In this document: in pieces, positions 15,216 to 27,579 of the stretch | How the letters are laid out: each line of letters opens with the position of its first letter | How positions within the stretch are numbered: position 1 is the stretch's first letter | NCBI GenBank assembly: GCA_951406725.2 | Contig: OX597822.1 | Coordinates: 70,308,001 to 70,372,000, forward strand | From: Octopus vulgaris | Lineage: Eukaryota | Direction: 5' to 3' | Length of the DNA stretch: 64,000 nucleotides | Position numbers and translations under genes: made by a program | The notes under the pieces: model-generated | The model's database searches: none | What the model was told of the DNA's origin: nothing | Seen by the model: only the letters and a program-made list of their open reading frames with translations

Positions 15216-15415
15216 TGAGGGGGTGCTGAAAAAAGTTCTTGGCTTTAAGAGTATCACAAATGGCCTGGCTGGAGGCCTAACTTTCTGAGTTCTTTTCCAG
15301 GGCTTCAAAAAACTGAAGAACTACTGCAATAAATCATAATTAACTGATCAAAATCATAATTAACTGATTTTCCTGTATTTCCTTTACCCAAAACCAAGAA
15401 CTTTTCATACCCATA
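15216..15415. mobile_element. Mariner-type MITE, degenerate
   Basis: Inverted ends gagggggtgctgaaaaaagttcttgg / ccaagaacttttcataccc. Internal tandem duplication of aaatcataattaactgat. Confidence 0.65.
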
Positions 15416-15446
15416 TATGTGTGTGTGTGTGTGTGTGTATGATTTA

Positions 15447-15575
15447 TAGTTGTCTGGTAGAATTGTTAGACCATCAGAGACAAATGCCTTGTAGTATATG
15501 CTTTTAGCTCCCTACATTCCGAGTTCAAATTCTACTGGTGTCAGCTTTGCCTTCCCCTCTTTCTGGGGTAGAACG
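15447..15575 (+). mobile_element. Truncated degenerate SINE family A
   Basis: ctggtagaattgttag...ccgagttcaaattct...ctttgcctt. Confidence 0.65.
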
Positions 15576-15583
15576 TATTATGT

Positions 15584-15875
15584 TTATTATTATTGAGTGT
15601 GAGAGCAGTAAATGCCATCAAAGTGACACTGGGGTACAAATATACAAAGCCCAATATACCCATCATGACTACCCATCTGATAAGGGTACACCAGGCACAT
15701 GCATCACAACCATATGTGCATGACATGGTGATCTTATATCAAGATAACCAGTGCATGACCTCACAGGTGGAGCCCTGTTAGAATTTTTTTCAGATTGAGT
15801 AGCCCATCCTGCTCAAAAGGTCCCTGAATAAGGTTTGTTTAAGGATGATGAACAAAACACCCATGTTTCCAGAGA
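15584..15875 (-). mobile_element. 3' end of a retroposed element with an (AAT)n tail, family unassigned
   Basis: Minus strand ends ...ctctcacactcaataataataa; GC-richer block abutting a truncated SINE. Confidence 0.4.
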
Positions 15876-15927
15876 AACAGACAATAATGTTTAGGTGTTG
15901 GATTACTAACCACATTGTTATCTTTAA

Positions 15928-16148
15928 CCCTTTAGTGTTCGCATTATTCTACCAAAATTAATGCTTTTTCATCCACATTGCCTTGAACCAATCAGGCATT
16001 GTCTTGTAGCTTTGAGATTTTGATGAGGTAGCTGTTAATTTTTAAAACGATATTGTAGGGTTGGTGTGAGAGACCAGATCTGGCCATTTTGGACATAAAA
16101 CAGGCAGAATACTTTTGGCCGGATTTGGCCGGTTTAAATGCTAAAGGG
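15928..16148 (+). mobile_element. piggyBac-type MITE (intact, 221 bp)
   Basis: TTAA|CCCTTTAG ... CTAAAGGG|TTAA, with TSDs at 15924-15927 and 16149-16152. Confidence 0.9.
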
Positions 16149-16929
16149 TTAATCTAGATTTCACAACTATTGTTATGTTGTGCTCATGGATGAAGCACCT
16201 AAACCTGCTTCACTGGACAAAACACAGCAGCTCTACTTCTAGTTCTTTATTGAGTGGTTGGCTGTAAGAGATCATTGAGCTGTGTATAAATGACTAAACA
16301 AATTATTTCTGTTGTTAGTGAGTGTAGTTTCAGTATTTAGTTTTGTCCATCTCTGTTCTGGGCTCATCAAATATTATGGGGTTCAGCTTTACATTTTGTC
16401 CTTCTGGCATTTTGTCAGTTGATTAGACTTTCTCCCTACAAATATGCTGCCCTGTGGCGATGTAAAATTTATTATTTATTAATATGAGCGATCAGCATTA
16501 TTATTATAACTTTAAAAATACAAGGTAAAATATTGTGGATTGTTTAGACAAGAAGGTGTTGTTTGCATCTCTGAGAGTCTTGCTGAAATTGCTTTGCCTA
16601 AGGTGTGTGCGTGTGCGTGTGTACGTGTGTGTGCATGTGTGCGTATGTGTCTAATTAAAATCTGAAGAGAAGCTAGAATGATGTTGTCGTCGTTGTCATC
16701 AGCATCCTCCCCATCAACAACAGCATCAATAACACTTGCAACAACATCATTTAATTTTACTTGCAATCAGTTCTAAATGTAGAGGTGCTAGTGCCAGAAG
16801 AACAAATAGATTGTTTAATCATTTCTAAGTAATCTCGTAGCTCGTTTGAGGATCAATTTTAGCAGTAAATAAGTTAAAAGTAATAATTTTCTTCTTTGGA
16901 GCCTCAGTCAGGTGTTAATTTCACACATG

Positions 16930-17525
16930 TTTGGCAGCGTCGTTAGGGTATCAGACAAAATACCTTGCAGTTTCTGTTCAGGCTCTTTATGTTCCGAGTT
17001 CATATCTCACTGATGTCAGCTTTGACTTCCTTCCTTCTTTCCCTTCTGTCTTTCTTTCTTCTGGCACCTGGGGCATGTGCCCCCCCCACTCACCCTTACG
17101 CTACTGCTGAGTTCAAATTCTGCCTAGGTTGGCTGTGCCTTTTGTCCTTTTGGTATCGACAAAATAAGGACCAGTTGAGTACTGGTTTTCTGCCAAAATG
17201 TGAAACCATTAATCATTATGCCTGAGTTCAAATCCTTCTGAGGTCAACTTTATCTTTTATCCCTCTGGGATTGATGTAGTAAAGTGCCTGTCAAGTACTT
17301 GCGTCACTTTAATTGACTAAACTCCTGTTGGATTGTTAGAAAAATTGCTTTACAATATTTCTTTCAGATCTTTACATTCTGAGTTCAAATCCAACTGCGG
17401 TCAGCCTTAACTTCCATTCCTCTGGGGTCAATAAAACAAAGTACCAGTCAAATACTGGGAGCATTAGTTTCAATTAATTGTCTCCCCACTCAAGATTGCA
17501 GGTCTTGTGCCTAGATTAGAAACAA
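16930..17525 (+). mobile_element. Cluster of four partial SINE family A copies in tandem
   Basis: Repeated gagttca(a/t)at B-box plus core segments near 16996, 17109, 17224 and 17381; followed by (CAT)n. Confidence 0.75.
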
Positions 17526-17539
17526 TCACCATCATCACC

Positions 17540-17588
<49 letters not shown>

Positions 17589-18625
17589 GTTTTACTCTGA
17601 ACCATTAATTGTGTCTGCAGATGGTGTGGTGAGGATGATGTTACCCTTACTATGTAATAGAGCTAAATTTTCTTTTTCTCATACATTTTTCTGACGGTGG
17701 TGCCCCAGCATGACTGCAGCTTTAAAGCCTTTAAATGATCTTGGTATTGATAACTCAACACCAGTAACAGTGGCAGTGGTAGATATTTTCTGCTAGGTTG
17801 AGGTATGTAGAATGATATGTGGTAGTGTACAAAGACAAGCTTTGGTCAATGAATCTGGAATATTTATTAACTGTGTATGCAGAGAGAGAGAGAAAGAGAG
17901 AGAGAGAAAGAGAGAGAGAGAAAGAGCACTTTTAGTGATAATGTATTATGTGAAATAGAACCTAATGTTGCATTCAGAAACCTTTTGGTTAATATCAATA
18001 ACAAAGCCAGTCTTGTTTGTTGCAGTGAATGTCATGCAGTGTGTAAGTGTGTATGTGTATACATATATATATATATCAAGAATTATATAAATTGCATATT
18101 ATAACACAGTGACCTGTGAAACTGGTTTGACTCGTTCACCAAATCAGAACCAGCAACAAGTTCACTGTTGCTAGGTGAAGATGTGCATTAACTAAATGAC
18201 GGAACCTCTTTGAGTTACATCGGGTTTGCTGTAACTCATGCATTTATACAACCGCATTACATGCGGAGAGCGAAACAAGATCGATGGGATGCTTTTTATT
18301 TAACACCTAAGAAATACAATCAGTTATTGATACGTGTAACCAGCACCTCCATTACATTACTTATCCCACCCCTCCACCCCGTTCCCATCCATATCTGGAG
18401 AGAAGATTTATTGTGAAAAAAAAAATCACATGATATTGTGTTCTTGGTGGCTGTTGCTTATTCTTCTAAAGTTTCCTGGTATGGCTGGGCTGATGTACTG
18501 ATATACTTCTTATAAAATCTCACTTCTATTCATGCCTCAGCTACTGGTTTTTTTTTTCCTTCCTCCACCCACTCTCTCTTTCTCTCTCTCTCTCTGTGCT
18601 TCTTTCTCACAATATCACAATAGAT

Positions 18626-18668
<43 letters not shown>

Positions 18669-18988
18669 ATGCTAGGTTAATGGTTGCTCTCAGTTGGAAA
18701 TTTTAAATATTCTTTATGAAAAAAGAAAAAAAGGAAAAAATAAAAAACAATTAATAACAAACTTCAGAATCTGTAAGCAAAGAAAAGGCATTGCAGTTTG
18801 CTGGGAGCATTATGATACAGAAGTCAAATAGCAAATAAAGAAGAACAATGAGAGCTTCTAACAATGCAAAAGGAAAACTTAAATAACCTTTATATATTTC
18901 AGGCACAAAGGCCCATCATCAAAAATTAACAACCAACACTATGTGGACAAAGCAGGGTCACTGCCCATACAGCAGTATCTACCTATGC

Positions 18989-19247
18989 TAGTGGTTCTCA
19001 GTTGGGGGTCTGAAAAAACCCTTGGGGGTCCATATTAGATTTTGTTGTTAAAATTTATTTGAAATGAATTGGTTATTCTTCTGCTATACACAAATTATTT
19101 CAATTTTTTTTTTATGTAGTTCTTAATAAGGGTTAATTATGAAAATATAATATGATTTTTCTAAACATCAGATGACTAAGAGGGTTCATCCAAGTAAAAT
19201 AGAAATCAAATGGGTTCATATGTGAAAAAAAGTGTTGAGAACCATTG
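18989..19247 (+). mobile_element. hAT (Charlie/MER5-like) MITE
   Basis: TIRs tagtggttctca / tgagaaccattg. 8-bp flanks acctatgc / acgtatac (6/8). Interior matches 28645-28883 in the opposite orientation. Confidence 0.75.
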
Positions 19248-19292
19248 ACGTATACTTTCATTTCTTTAACCTTTTAGCGTTCAGATTATTCT

Positions 19293-19706
19293 TATTTCTT
19301 TATTACCCACAATAGAGGGGACAAACAAGGACAGACAAAGGGATTAAGTCGATTAGATCGACTCCAGTGCATAACTGGTACTTAATTTATCGACCCTGAA
19401 AGGATGAAAGGCAAAGTCGACCTCGGTGGAATTTGAATTCAGAATGTAACGACAGATGAAATACCTATTTCTTTACTATCCACAAAACTTAGCGGTTTGG
19501 CAAAAGAGAGGACAAACAAGGACAGACAAACGGATTAAGTTGATTATATCGACTCCAGTGCGTAACTGGCACTTATTTAATCGACCCCGAAAGGATGAAA
19601 GGCAAAGTTGAACTCGGCGGAATTTGAACTCAGAATGTAATGGCAGACGAAATACCACTAAGCATTTTGCTCAGCATGCTAATGTTTCTGCCAGCTCACC
19701 GCCTTA
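19293..19706 (-). mobile_element. Dimeric SINE family A (full copy plus 5'-truncated copy)
   Basis: Two tandem units (19293-19464 and 19465-19706). TSD ttcagattattct (19280-19292) / ttcggattattct (19711-19723). Confidence 0.9.
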
Positions 19707-19763
19707 ATAATTCGGATTATTCTGTCAAATGCAATGCTTATTTATTTGTATTTTATATTAAAA

Positions 19764-19960
19764 AAGGTGATGATGCTGGACGAAATGCTTAATGGTGTTT
19801 TGCTTGTTGCTATGTTCTGAGTTCAAATTCTGCCGAGGTCGACTTTGCCGTTCATCCTTTCAGGGTCAATGAATTAAGAACCAGTGAAACACTGGGGTTG
19901 AAGTAATTGACTAGTCCCCTCTCCCAAAATTTCAGGCCTTGTGCCTTTAGTAGAAAGTAT
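19764..19960 (+). mobile_element. SINE family A (alternative 3' tail)
   Basis: TSD tattttatatta at 19749-19760 and 19961-19972; B box gagttcaaattc. Confidence 0.9.
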
Positions 19961-20202
19961 TATTTTATATTAATTGTGCATTATCTTGAAGCTTCACGAT
20001 TTCGATGATGTGGTTGTTTGTTTTTAGAGTAACATTATAGGATCAAGAGGCCAGACCTGGCTTGTTTGAACATCAAACAGGTAGAATATTTGGGCCAGAT
20101 ATGGTCAATTTAAATGCTAAAGGGTCAAGCTGTTCATTTCTGATGATTGGTTTTGTACCTGAAATATATGAAGGTTATTTCATTTTCCCGTTTACATATT
20201 CC

Positions 20203-20390
20203 AGGCATAGGAGTGGCTGTGTGGTAAGTAGCTTGCTTACCAACCACCTGGTTCCGGGTTTAGTTCCACTGCGTGGCACCTTGGGCAAGCGTCTTCTACT
20301 ATAGCCTCGGGCCGACCAAAGCCTTGTGAGTGGATTTGGTTGACGGAAGCTGAAAGAAGCCCGTCGTATATATGTATATATATATATGTA

Positions 20391-20430
<40 letters not shown>

Positions 20431-20617
20431 TCGCTTGACAACCGATGCTGGTGTGTTTACGTCCCCATAACTTAGCGGTTTGGCAAAAGAGACCGATAGA
20501 ATAAGCACTAGGCTTACAAAGAATAAGTCCTGGGGTTGATTTGCTCGACTAAAGGCAGTGCTCCAGCATGGCCACAGTCACATGATTGAAACAAGTGAAA
20601 TAGTAAAATTAAAAGAG
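20203..20617 (+). mobile_element. SINE family B, full length (tRNA head, internal TA/TG microsatellite)
   Basis: A box tggctgtgtgg, B-box-like gggtttagttcc, CORE-like ccttgggcaag; closely similar to 58918-59330. Confidence 0.9.
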
Positions 20618-22472
20618 TCGTGTAAAAAGCCCTCTGCTTTCTTTATTTGTTAATTTACTTATGTAAGCAAACATTAGACCAATTCTAGCTTGTTGGTAGG
20701 GGGGTGGGGAAGCACCAGAGCTGTTAGATCTACAGAGGAAAAGATATGCGATGTTGAGGGTGTTCATTCTTTTCCTTTGGGGTTAGTGGTGACAGGGAGA
20801 CGCAATATAAGACAATCTTTGAATTCAAAATTGAGTTGTGAACTTATGTCGCCAAAAACTTTAAACTCCTTAGCGGCAACATCCTTGATTCCAGATTCTT
20901 CATCATTGATGCTGCTATCACTACTGCTACTCTCCTTCATTTACATTAAACACAGTTGTTGAAAGTTGGGAAATGTTGAAAGCAGAAGAGTCAACTTGGA
21001 ATCTGATAAAGATTTTTCAATTGTTATGTTACGCAAGTTAGAAAACCTCAATTGCCATAAGTAGCCATTATCTGAGATCTTAATATATTTATCAATGACT
21101 CATTTTATGGGGAGGAAAAAAATTATAAATTTATTTACACTTTAATTCATAAATGAATAAAAATAAATATAAAATAAATAACTAAATAATGAATAGAAAC
21201 TTTAATTCATTACTAGCTTCTATTTATCTGGGTTTTTTCTTGTTTTTGAAATATTTTTGTTTTTTTCTTGACATTCCTCTATAAAGCAAAGTTAATTGAA
21301 ATTATTCACACCAGTGTAAAATCTGTGAATGCATATGGTGCCTGTGTTTGCTGAAATCTGCTCAATATTGAGAAGCATTATTGATATTTATTGATAAATG
21401 TCTCTCAAGAAGTTTGCAATGGATTATGAAAATACTATCTTACTGTGATCAAAATTAACCACTCTGCATATATGTGTGTATTGTGTGTGTGTGTGTGTGT
21501 GTGTGTGCATGCGTGTTTATAAACCTGTGTGTTTGTATTTTATTTTTTTTAAGTAGTAAGCTTCCTGTGAGATACGGAATGAAGCGAAAGTGGCATCACA
21601 TCAGTTGCTGGTCAGAGATCTGAGACATGATTCCGGAAGTCTGCCGTTGTAGAATGTTTTACAGCTATGTGCCACATTCAGTGGGGGGGGGGGGGGTTGT
21701 GACTAGTTGAGTCAACAAGAATATCAACCGTATTCTCTCTCTCGCGGTGTGTGTTTGTGGGGTGCGGGTGTTGTATGAATATTTTTCCTATCTTCCTGCA
21801 TGATTTATGAATTGTCTTCTGTTTTGACAACCCGCCTAACTAGCTGAGGAGTTGAAACAAAAACAAAAACAAATGTAGAAGAACAGAAAATAGAAATCAT
21901 TTGTTTTTTGTTGTTGCCTAATGTCTGCTCTATGAACACAGAAATGTTTAAATCATAACGTGCGAGCCGACTTGGAGCATGTGGACATGTCTGTGTTTTG
22001 TACATGTTCAACAATTTGCATGTGCAATTCTGCATGTGTGTGTGTGTGTGCATGTTATCCTATTTAGCAGGAATGAATAAAGAGAAAGAAAATACGTAGA
22101 ACCAGATGGGTGTTACACTCACTGCCACTGATACCCCTCCCACCGATCCTTCCTCCCCACCAATCCTTCCCCCCTGTTATTTATGTTTCGTAGCATGGTG
22201 TTCTTATTCACCTATTCTTTTGAAAATGACTAACTCCTTTGCTGGTTTCAGCAATAAATATGTATGGAATTAAAACATAAGCAGCCAAACTCCAGAGTGA
22301 TGTATGTCGGTGTGCCGTGAATTTGAAGTAGAGACTAATAGAGATCCAGCTGAAAATGGCTGTACTTCTCCAGAACACACTGATGTGCACTTGATGGTTT
22401 TGGTTTCTTTTTCAATCTGAGACATAGCAACAGAAATCAGTTGTTGTGACCATCCTTAGTTCCTATACTGAT

Positions 22473-22477
22473 ATATA

Positions 22478-22516
<39 letters not shown>

Positions 22517-22529
22517 ATATGTGTGCATA

Positions 22530-22567
<38 letters not shown>

Positions 22568-22583
22568 TATATATATATGTATG

Positions 22584-22623
<40 letters not shown>

Positions 22624-23154
22624 TGTATGTATATATATATGAATGTATATATACGTATGTATATATATGTATGTATATATATATGAATGTATATATACGT
22701 ATGTATATATATTTATATATATATATATATGTATGTGTATATATATGTATGAATGTATATATATGTATATATATATATATATGTATGTATATATATGTAT
22801 ATATATATGTATGTGTATATATATGTATGTATATATATATGAATGTATATATATGTATATATATATGTATGTGTATATATATGTATGTATATATATATGA
22901 ATGTATATATACATATGTATATATATGTATATATATATGTATGCGTATTTATATGTATGTATATATGTATGTATTTATATGTATATATGTGTGTATATAT
23001 ATGTATGTGTATATATATGTATGTATATATGTGTGTATGTATATATATCTATATGTGTATGTATATGTATATGTATCTTTATGTGCATTTATATATATAT
23101 GCATGTGTATGTAGATATTTATATATATATGCTTCATACCTAGTGAAACTTCTG

Positions 23155-23204
<50 letters not shown>
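22473..23204. repeat. Long complex (TA)/(TG)/(TATG) microsatellite
   Basis: About 730 bp of alternating purine-pyrimidine sequence; source of many Y/I/V/C/M ORFs. Confidence 0.95.
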
Positions 23205-23205
<1 letters not shown>

Positions 23206-23207
<2 letters not shown>

Positions 23208-23343
23208 CATTAGGAAAGGCATCCAGCTGTAGAAACGAAACCAAATTAGACTGGAACTTGGTGCAGCTCTCCAGTTTACCAGTTCCAGTCAAACCGTCTG
23301 ACCCATACCAGTATGGATAACGGACAGTAAATGATGATGATGA

Positions 23344-23346
<3 letters not shown>
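23206..23346 (+). mobile_element. SINE family C 3' part
   Basis: ggcattaggaaaggcatccagctgtagaaa...acggacagtaaa(tga)n. Confidence 0.85.
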
Positions 23347-23380
<34 letters not shown>

Positions 23381-23382
<2 letters not shown>

Positions 23383-23545
23383 GGAGTAAACTCATAAATG
23401 TGAAACAAGGTGGAAAAAAGAGTACTCAAATACCAGTGGTAGAGTAATATGCTTTATTTAAAGCAAAAGCTGTCCGACGAACGGAAACGTGAAACTCAAA
23501 GTAACAGGTTTTGTTGAATTTTCTGCTACTTTAAATAAAGTAAAG
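23381..23545. mobile_element. Penelope-like pseudo-LTR fragment with an inversion, inside (TA)n
   Basis: 23381-23464 is nearly identical to 52838-52921; the remainder is the reverse complement of about 52909-52987. Flanked by TA repeats. Confidence 0.75.
23470..23507 (+). ncRNA. Mutated minimal type I hammerhead ribozyme motif (family 1)
   Basis: CUGU-CCGACGA-ACG(GAAA)CGU-GAA-ACUC(A)AAGU-A-ACAG. The CUGAUGA core has two U>C changes. Confidence 0.65.
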
Positions 23546-23553
23546 TATATATA

Positions 23554-24003
23554 GGTGTAGATTCGTCCTTTAATTTGGAGGTTTCTGAAAAAGATTTCTA
23601 ATGTTGATTCTTCATATTTTGCTGGTAGTTTATGGGTGGAAATTTGCGAATATGAAAATAATACTTGTATATGATATGTTGTGAATTTATGGAAAGAAAT
23701 CCCAGAAAACTCAACAATTTAGTTAAAAACGGAGAAGACAAGTTGTTAAAAGTATATAAGAGAATTTTAATTCCTGCAGACGATCGTTTCGTACAGATAT
23801 ATAAAACTAACGCAAATTCATGATTGAATTGAATTGAATTGAATTAAATTAATTTATTAATTATATATCAATGTACTCTTCAGTGGAGGAAGTATACACA
23901 AAATTTTACAATGAACTTGAGAAAGGAAATAGCAGAAGAATAGAATTTAGGAGATTCCTATTTATCCTTATAAGAAAGAGATGTGAGTCCAGTTAAGTAT
24001 TAA
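23554..24003 (-). mobile_element. Probable Penelope-like element fragment between (TA)n and (CTAT)n
   Basis: Unique block bounded by microsatellites and containing a complete hammerhead motif. Confidence 0.55.
23771..23891 (-). ncRNA. Type I hammerhead ribozyme with a long stem II (family 2)
   Basis: Minus strand: UUCCUCCA-CUGAAGA-GUACA...UGUAC-GAA-ACGAUCGU-C^-UGCAGGAA. Stem I 7/8 bp, intact core, palindromic stem III, GUC cleavage triplet. Confidence 0.85.
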
Positions 24004-24131
<128 letters not shown>

Positions 24132-24569
24132 GGGGGGTGAATAATTTTCTTTGGCACCTCTTAGGAAAGCACTAATCAAAAGAAGAAGCTGAATGCAAAT
24201 AAGCTAAAAAAAAAAGAAAGAAAAGTATCAAACACAAACAAAAAAAAAAAACAGCAACCAACTCAACATTAAAAAGGCATCTCTGTATTATGCTGTCAGT
24301 TCTGCAAATCCCCAGGCCTTAGTCCTAAGTGACATAATGTCATCACTTTGACTTTTTCAGCTGCTTTCATCAATGTTTTAAAATTTCATGAAGAAGTGGT
24401 GTCACCAATATTGAAGTTCTTTTGAGTGACATGGATTTGTAGTGTCTAAGTTGTTTTTCTTCACAAGATGCTGCTCTTCTAGGCAGACACATATCCAGAA
24501 GATTGGAGCAGCGTCATTTACCATATTTAGAATAGAATGATGTAAAGTAAAGACATCCTTCGGGCACAA

Positions 24570-24866
24570 ATGACCATGGCATTGCATCCAGGACTTCCTC
24601 CCGTGGCACAAGTTCAGGCATGGTTGTTTGTGGAAGACTATTTGCCCATGGATACCAGTCTCCCATCTCCATACCACTGGTGTTGTCCAAAGGGAAAGGC
24701 AAAGACCAATACGGCTTGGCACCTGTGACAGCTGAGTGAATTGGAGCAAAGCAATGTGAAGTAAAGTGTCTTGCTCAAGAACACAACACAGGCTGGTCTG
24801 GGAATCAAACCCAAAACGTCACGATTGTAAGCCCACTACTCTAACCACCAAGCCACGTGCCTTCAT
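24570..24866 (-). mobile_element. SINE family D (tRNA head, CORE-like cttgagcaagacactt)
   Basis: Minus strand tgaaggcacgtggcttggtggttagag...gggtttgattccc; related heads at 39340-39640, 44958-45190 and 54647-54870. Confidence 0.8.
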
Positions 24867-27179
24867 GATGATAGAACTAATGGTAAATGTGACAAAAGCA
24901 TGTTTATGAAAAGATGTGAAGAAGTCCCTCAAAGTCATTGAGAAATACAAATTGCTATTTGGGTGATGGTGCTTTCATGTGCAAAGCTGAAATCCATACC
25001 TTATCTGTGTGTGTGTGTGTGAGAGAGAGAGAGAGTGTGAGGAAAATGCTCAAGTGAGCAAGAAGCTGGATTGTTTTTCCTTCGAGTATCAAGTTCAGAT
25101 CTGGTCAAAGTGTTTTGTACAATTTCTAGAGAAGACCCAGGTTATTTGAAATAGGGAGCAAGCTGTTTAGAGAAAGTCACTCACCATAAACTAGTCTGGG
25201 GTGTGAGGTTGATTTGCCTTGTGTACATTTAATGCTATGGTGCCTGAGGCATAAATTCTATGCCTCACTGGGATTCAGAGGAATAACTTTATATAACATA
25301 AGGGAAAGAGCTGTTGACCCAGGGTGAGTAACTAAGCCTGTAAATTGTAAGTTTAACTGAAATTTGGTTGATAATTAACATGATGTTAATAGGAAATTTG
25401 TAGTACTCCTCATTAGTTCTAATTACTCACCATCATTGTCATGTTTTCCATGCTGGCATGGGTTGGACTCTCTTCTTATTTATTGCTGTCCATTTCATGA
25501 ATTCTTAGATGTAAATTAGTTATACACAAAACATTTCTTAGACAGATACCATCTCAGAATTTTGGTTATCTATGAGTTTCATGTCTTTCTTCAAAGACTT
25601 TGGCTAGCAAAGCTGTAATTGAAACAGACCACCGCCCACACCACTTCAGACCCTGCAACACGAATGCTACGAATTAAAACTGGGGCCACAAAAAAAGAAA
25701 AAAAAAAAAACTGCAAGTGTACTCTGACCATGGCTTATCCCTTGTTTGATTCCTTTTCACCTTCCCACCCCACACACCCCCTCTTTGCATCTTATCAGTG
25801 ATTGCTCGTACAATATTATCATTGCTTTTTTCTATTTAATAATAAATGCATCAAGTGTACAAGTTGACACTCGAAAAGTTTCTTTTTCTTTCTTTTTTTT
25901 TGCCAAACCTGAAGACATGTGCACTGTAATTTTGGAATTACTTGTAGGTTTTTTTTTCTGTATTTTTTGTTTTATTTTGACACATTTTTTTTTCTATTTT
26001 GAAATGGGTTCTATGAAGACATTTGTGAAGATTCTTCTCTTTTTTGTCTATTTCTCAATCTTTCTCATTTCCCTATCTATGTCCTCCATCTCACCCACCC
26101 TTCTTTTTTTTCTATCTTTCTCAATCACATCTCAAAACAGTCTCTCTCTCTCTTTTTTTTTGTCAATTACACACACACACACTTCTACGGTTCTCTTCTA
26201 TCACTTCTCTGATAGCCTCTTGTTGCGTCTTCCTCTTTATGTTTTTGCACTCACTTGCTTTTCATACTACATCATCCACATTTACACACACACACACACA
26301 CACTCTCCCTCCCACCTTGTACACTTCTCTGTTTCTTACATCATCCACACATTACTTACTCTCTCTCTCTCTCTACCCCTCTTTCTCTCCCTTTATGCAT
26401 TTCCTTCCCTCTCTTTCCCACATACCCACTATATATTCTCCTTCTGATCTTTCTAGCTCCACACACATACACATACAAATACATTCAAAATATACATGCA
26501 TACCAACTCTTATACACTTAGTATGTAGTGCGTGCGTGTTTGTGTATGTATGTATGTATGTATGTGTGTGTGTATGTATGTGTGTGTGTGTGTGCATGTA
26601 TGTCTCAGTCTTTAATCAAGATAATGCTATCAGTCTGTGGCAGTATTCCACCTCAAGAGACAGCAATACTCTGAACACTATTTAGATATCAAAAAATTTT
26701 TGCTCTAAAAAACAAAAACAAAACAAAACAAAAAACAGTAGAAAAAGCAACTACGACAACTGAAAGGAGTTGCATCGTTTTGCTGACCTTTTCACTACTG
26801 CTCACTCTGTCTATCAGTGTTTATACAAATATTGTAAAATTACTTTCTAAACTGTAACCTTTGCTCTCTGCTTCTCCCTCCCTCTCTCTCTCTCTATATA
26901 TATATATACATAATATACATACATACATGCATGCATGTGTGTGTGGTTATGTATTAAATTTGTTAGATGTAGTGGTTTTAAATATTTTTAAAAGACCCCA
27001 GAGAGGAATTGTGTGGTAGAGGAACGGAGAGTGTAACCTAGCATTCGGTAACTGAATTTCAGATAAAATACTTTGAACTTTAAGATTTGAACTGCATTCC
27101 TCAGCAGTTCACTCTGTCTTAGCATTTACTATGCTATGTTTGTTGCTATTTCCTATCTACAAGTATGTGCTTGTATGTA

Positions 27180-27213
<34 letters not shown>

Positions 27214-27508
27214 AATATTTCTGTTGCATTTCTTTTGCTGTGTTATTGAAGAAAAAGCCTACAAATGATTGGGCCTGCACCCACCCTGGTTTTGTATATT
27301 AAAAAGCCAAACAATCAAATTCAGTGTATAAACTGTATTCAGTCGGAGATAGAATCAATATAATAATAGACTGTAGGGTTAGCATTTGATGAGAATCTCT
27401 TTATAGCCGACAGTAAACGATGGAGAGAGAGAGAGACTGGAAAGGGAGAGATCGCAAACAAAACAACCTTAAAGTAAATGAAAATAAGTGAAAAATAAAT
27501 GTTGCTTG

Positions 27509-27579
<71 letters not shown>

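Larger units (their letters stand above)
19270..20124 (+). mobile_element. piggyBac-type MITE interrupted by two independent SINE A insertions
   Basis: TTAA|ccttttagc ... gctaaaggg|tcaa. With the SINEs removed, the interior matches 15928-16148 and 46542-46753. Confidence 0.85.

Noticed and set aside
22446-23232. Long ORFs up to 222 aa rich in Y/I/V/C/M
   Set aside because: Translations of a TA/TG microsatellite.
23554-23735. Short open frame on the minus strand downstream of the hammerhead
   Set aside because: No reverse-transcriptase or GIY-YIG motif recognised; too short to call.
25245-25267. 9-bp hairpin tgaggcata/tatgcctca
   Set aside because: Isolated; plausible by chance in 64 kb.
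25746-26685. 233-aa and 213-aa hydrophobic ORFs
   Set aside because: Pyrimidine-rich low-complexity DNA with CT/CA repeats that lacks stops by composition; no recognisable domain.
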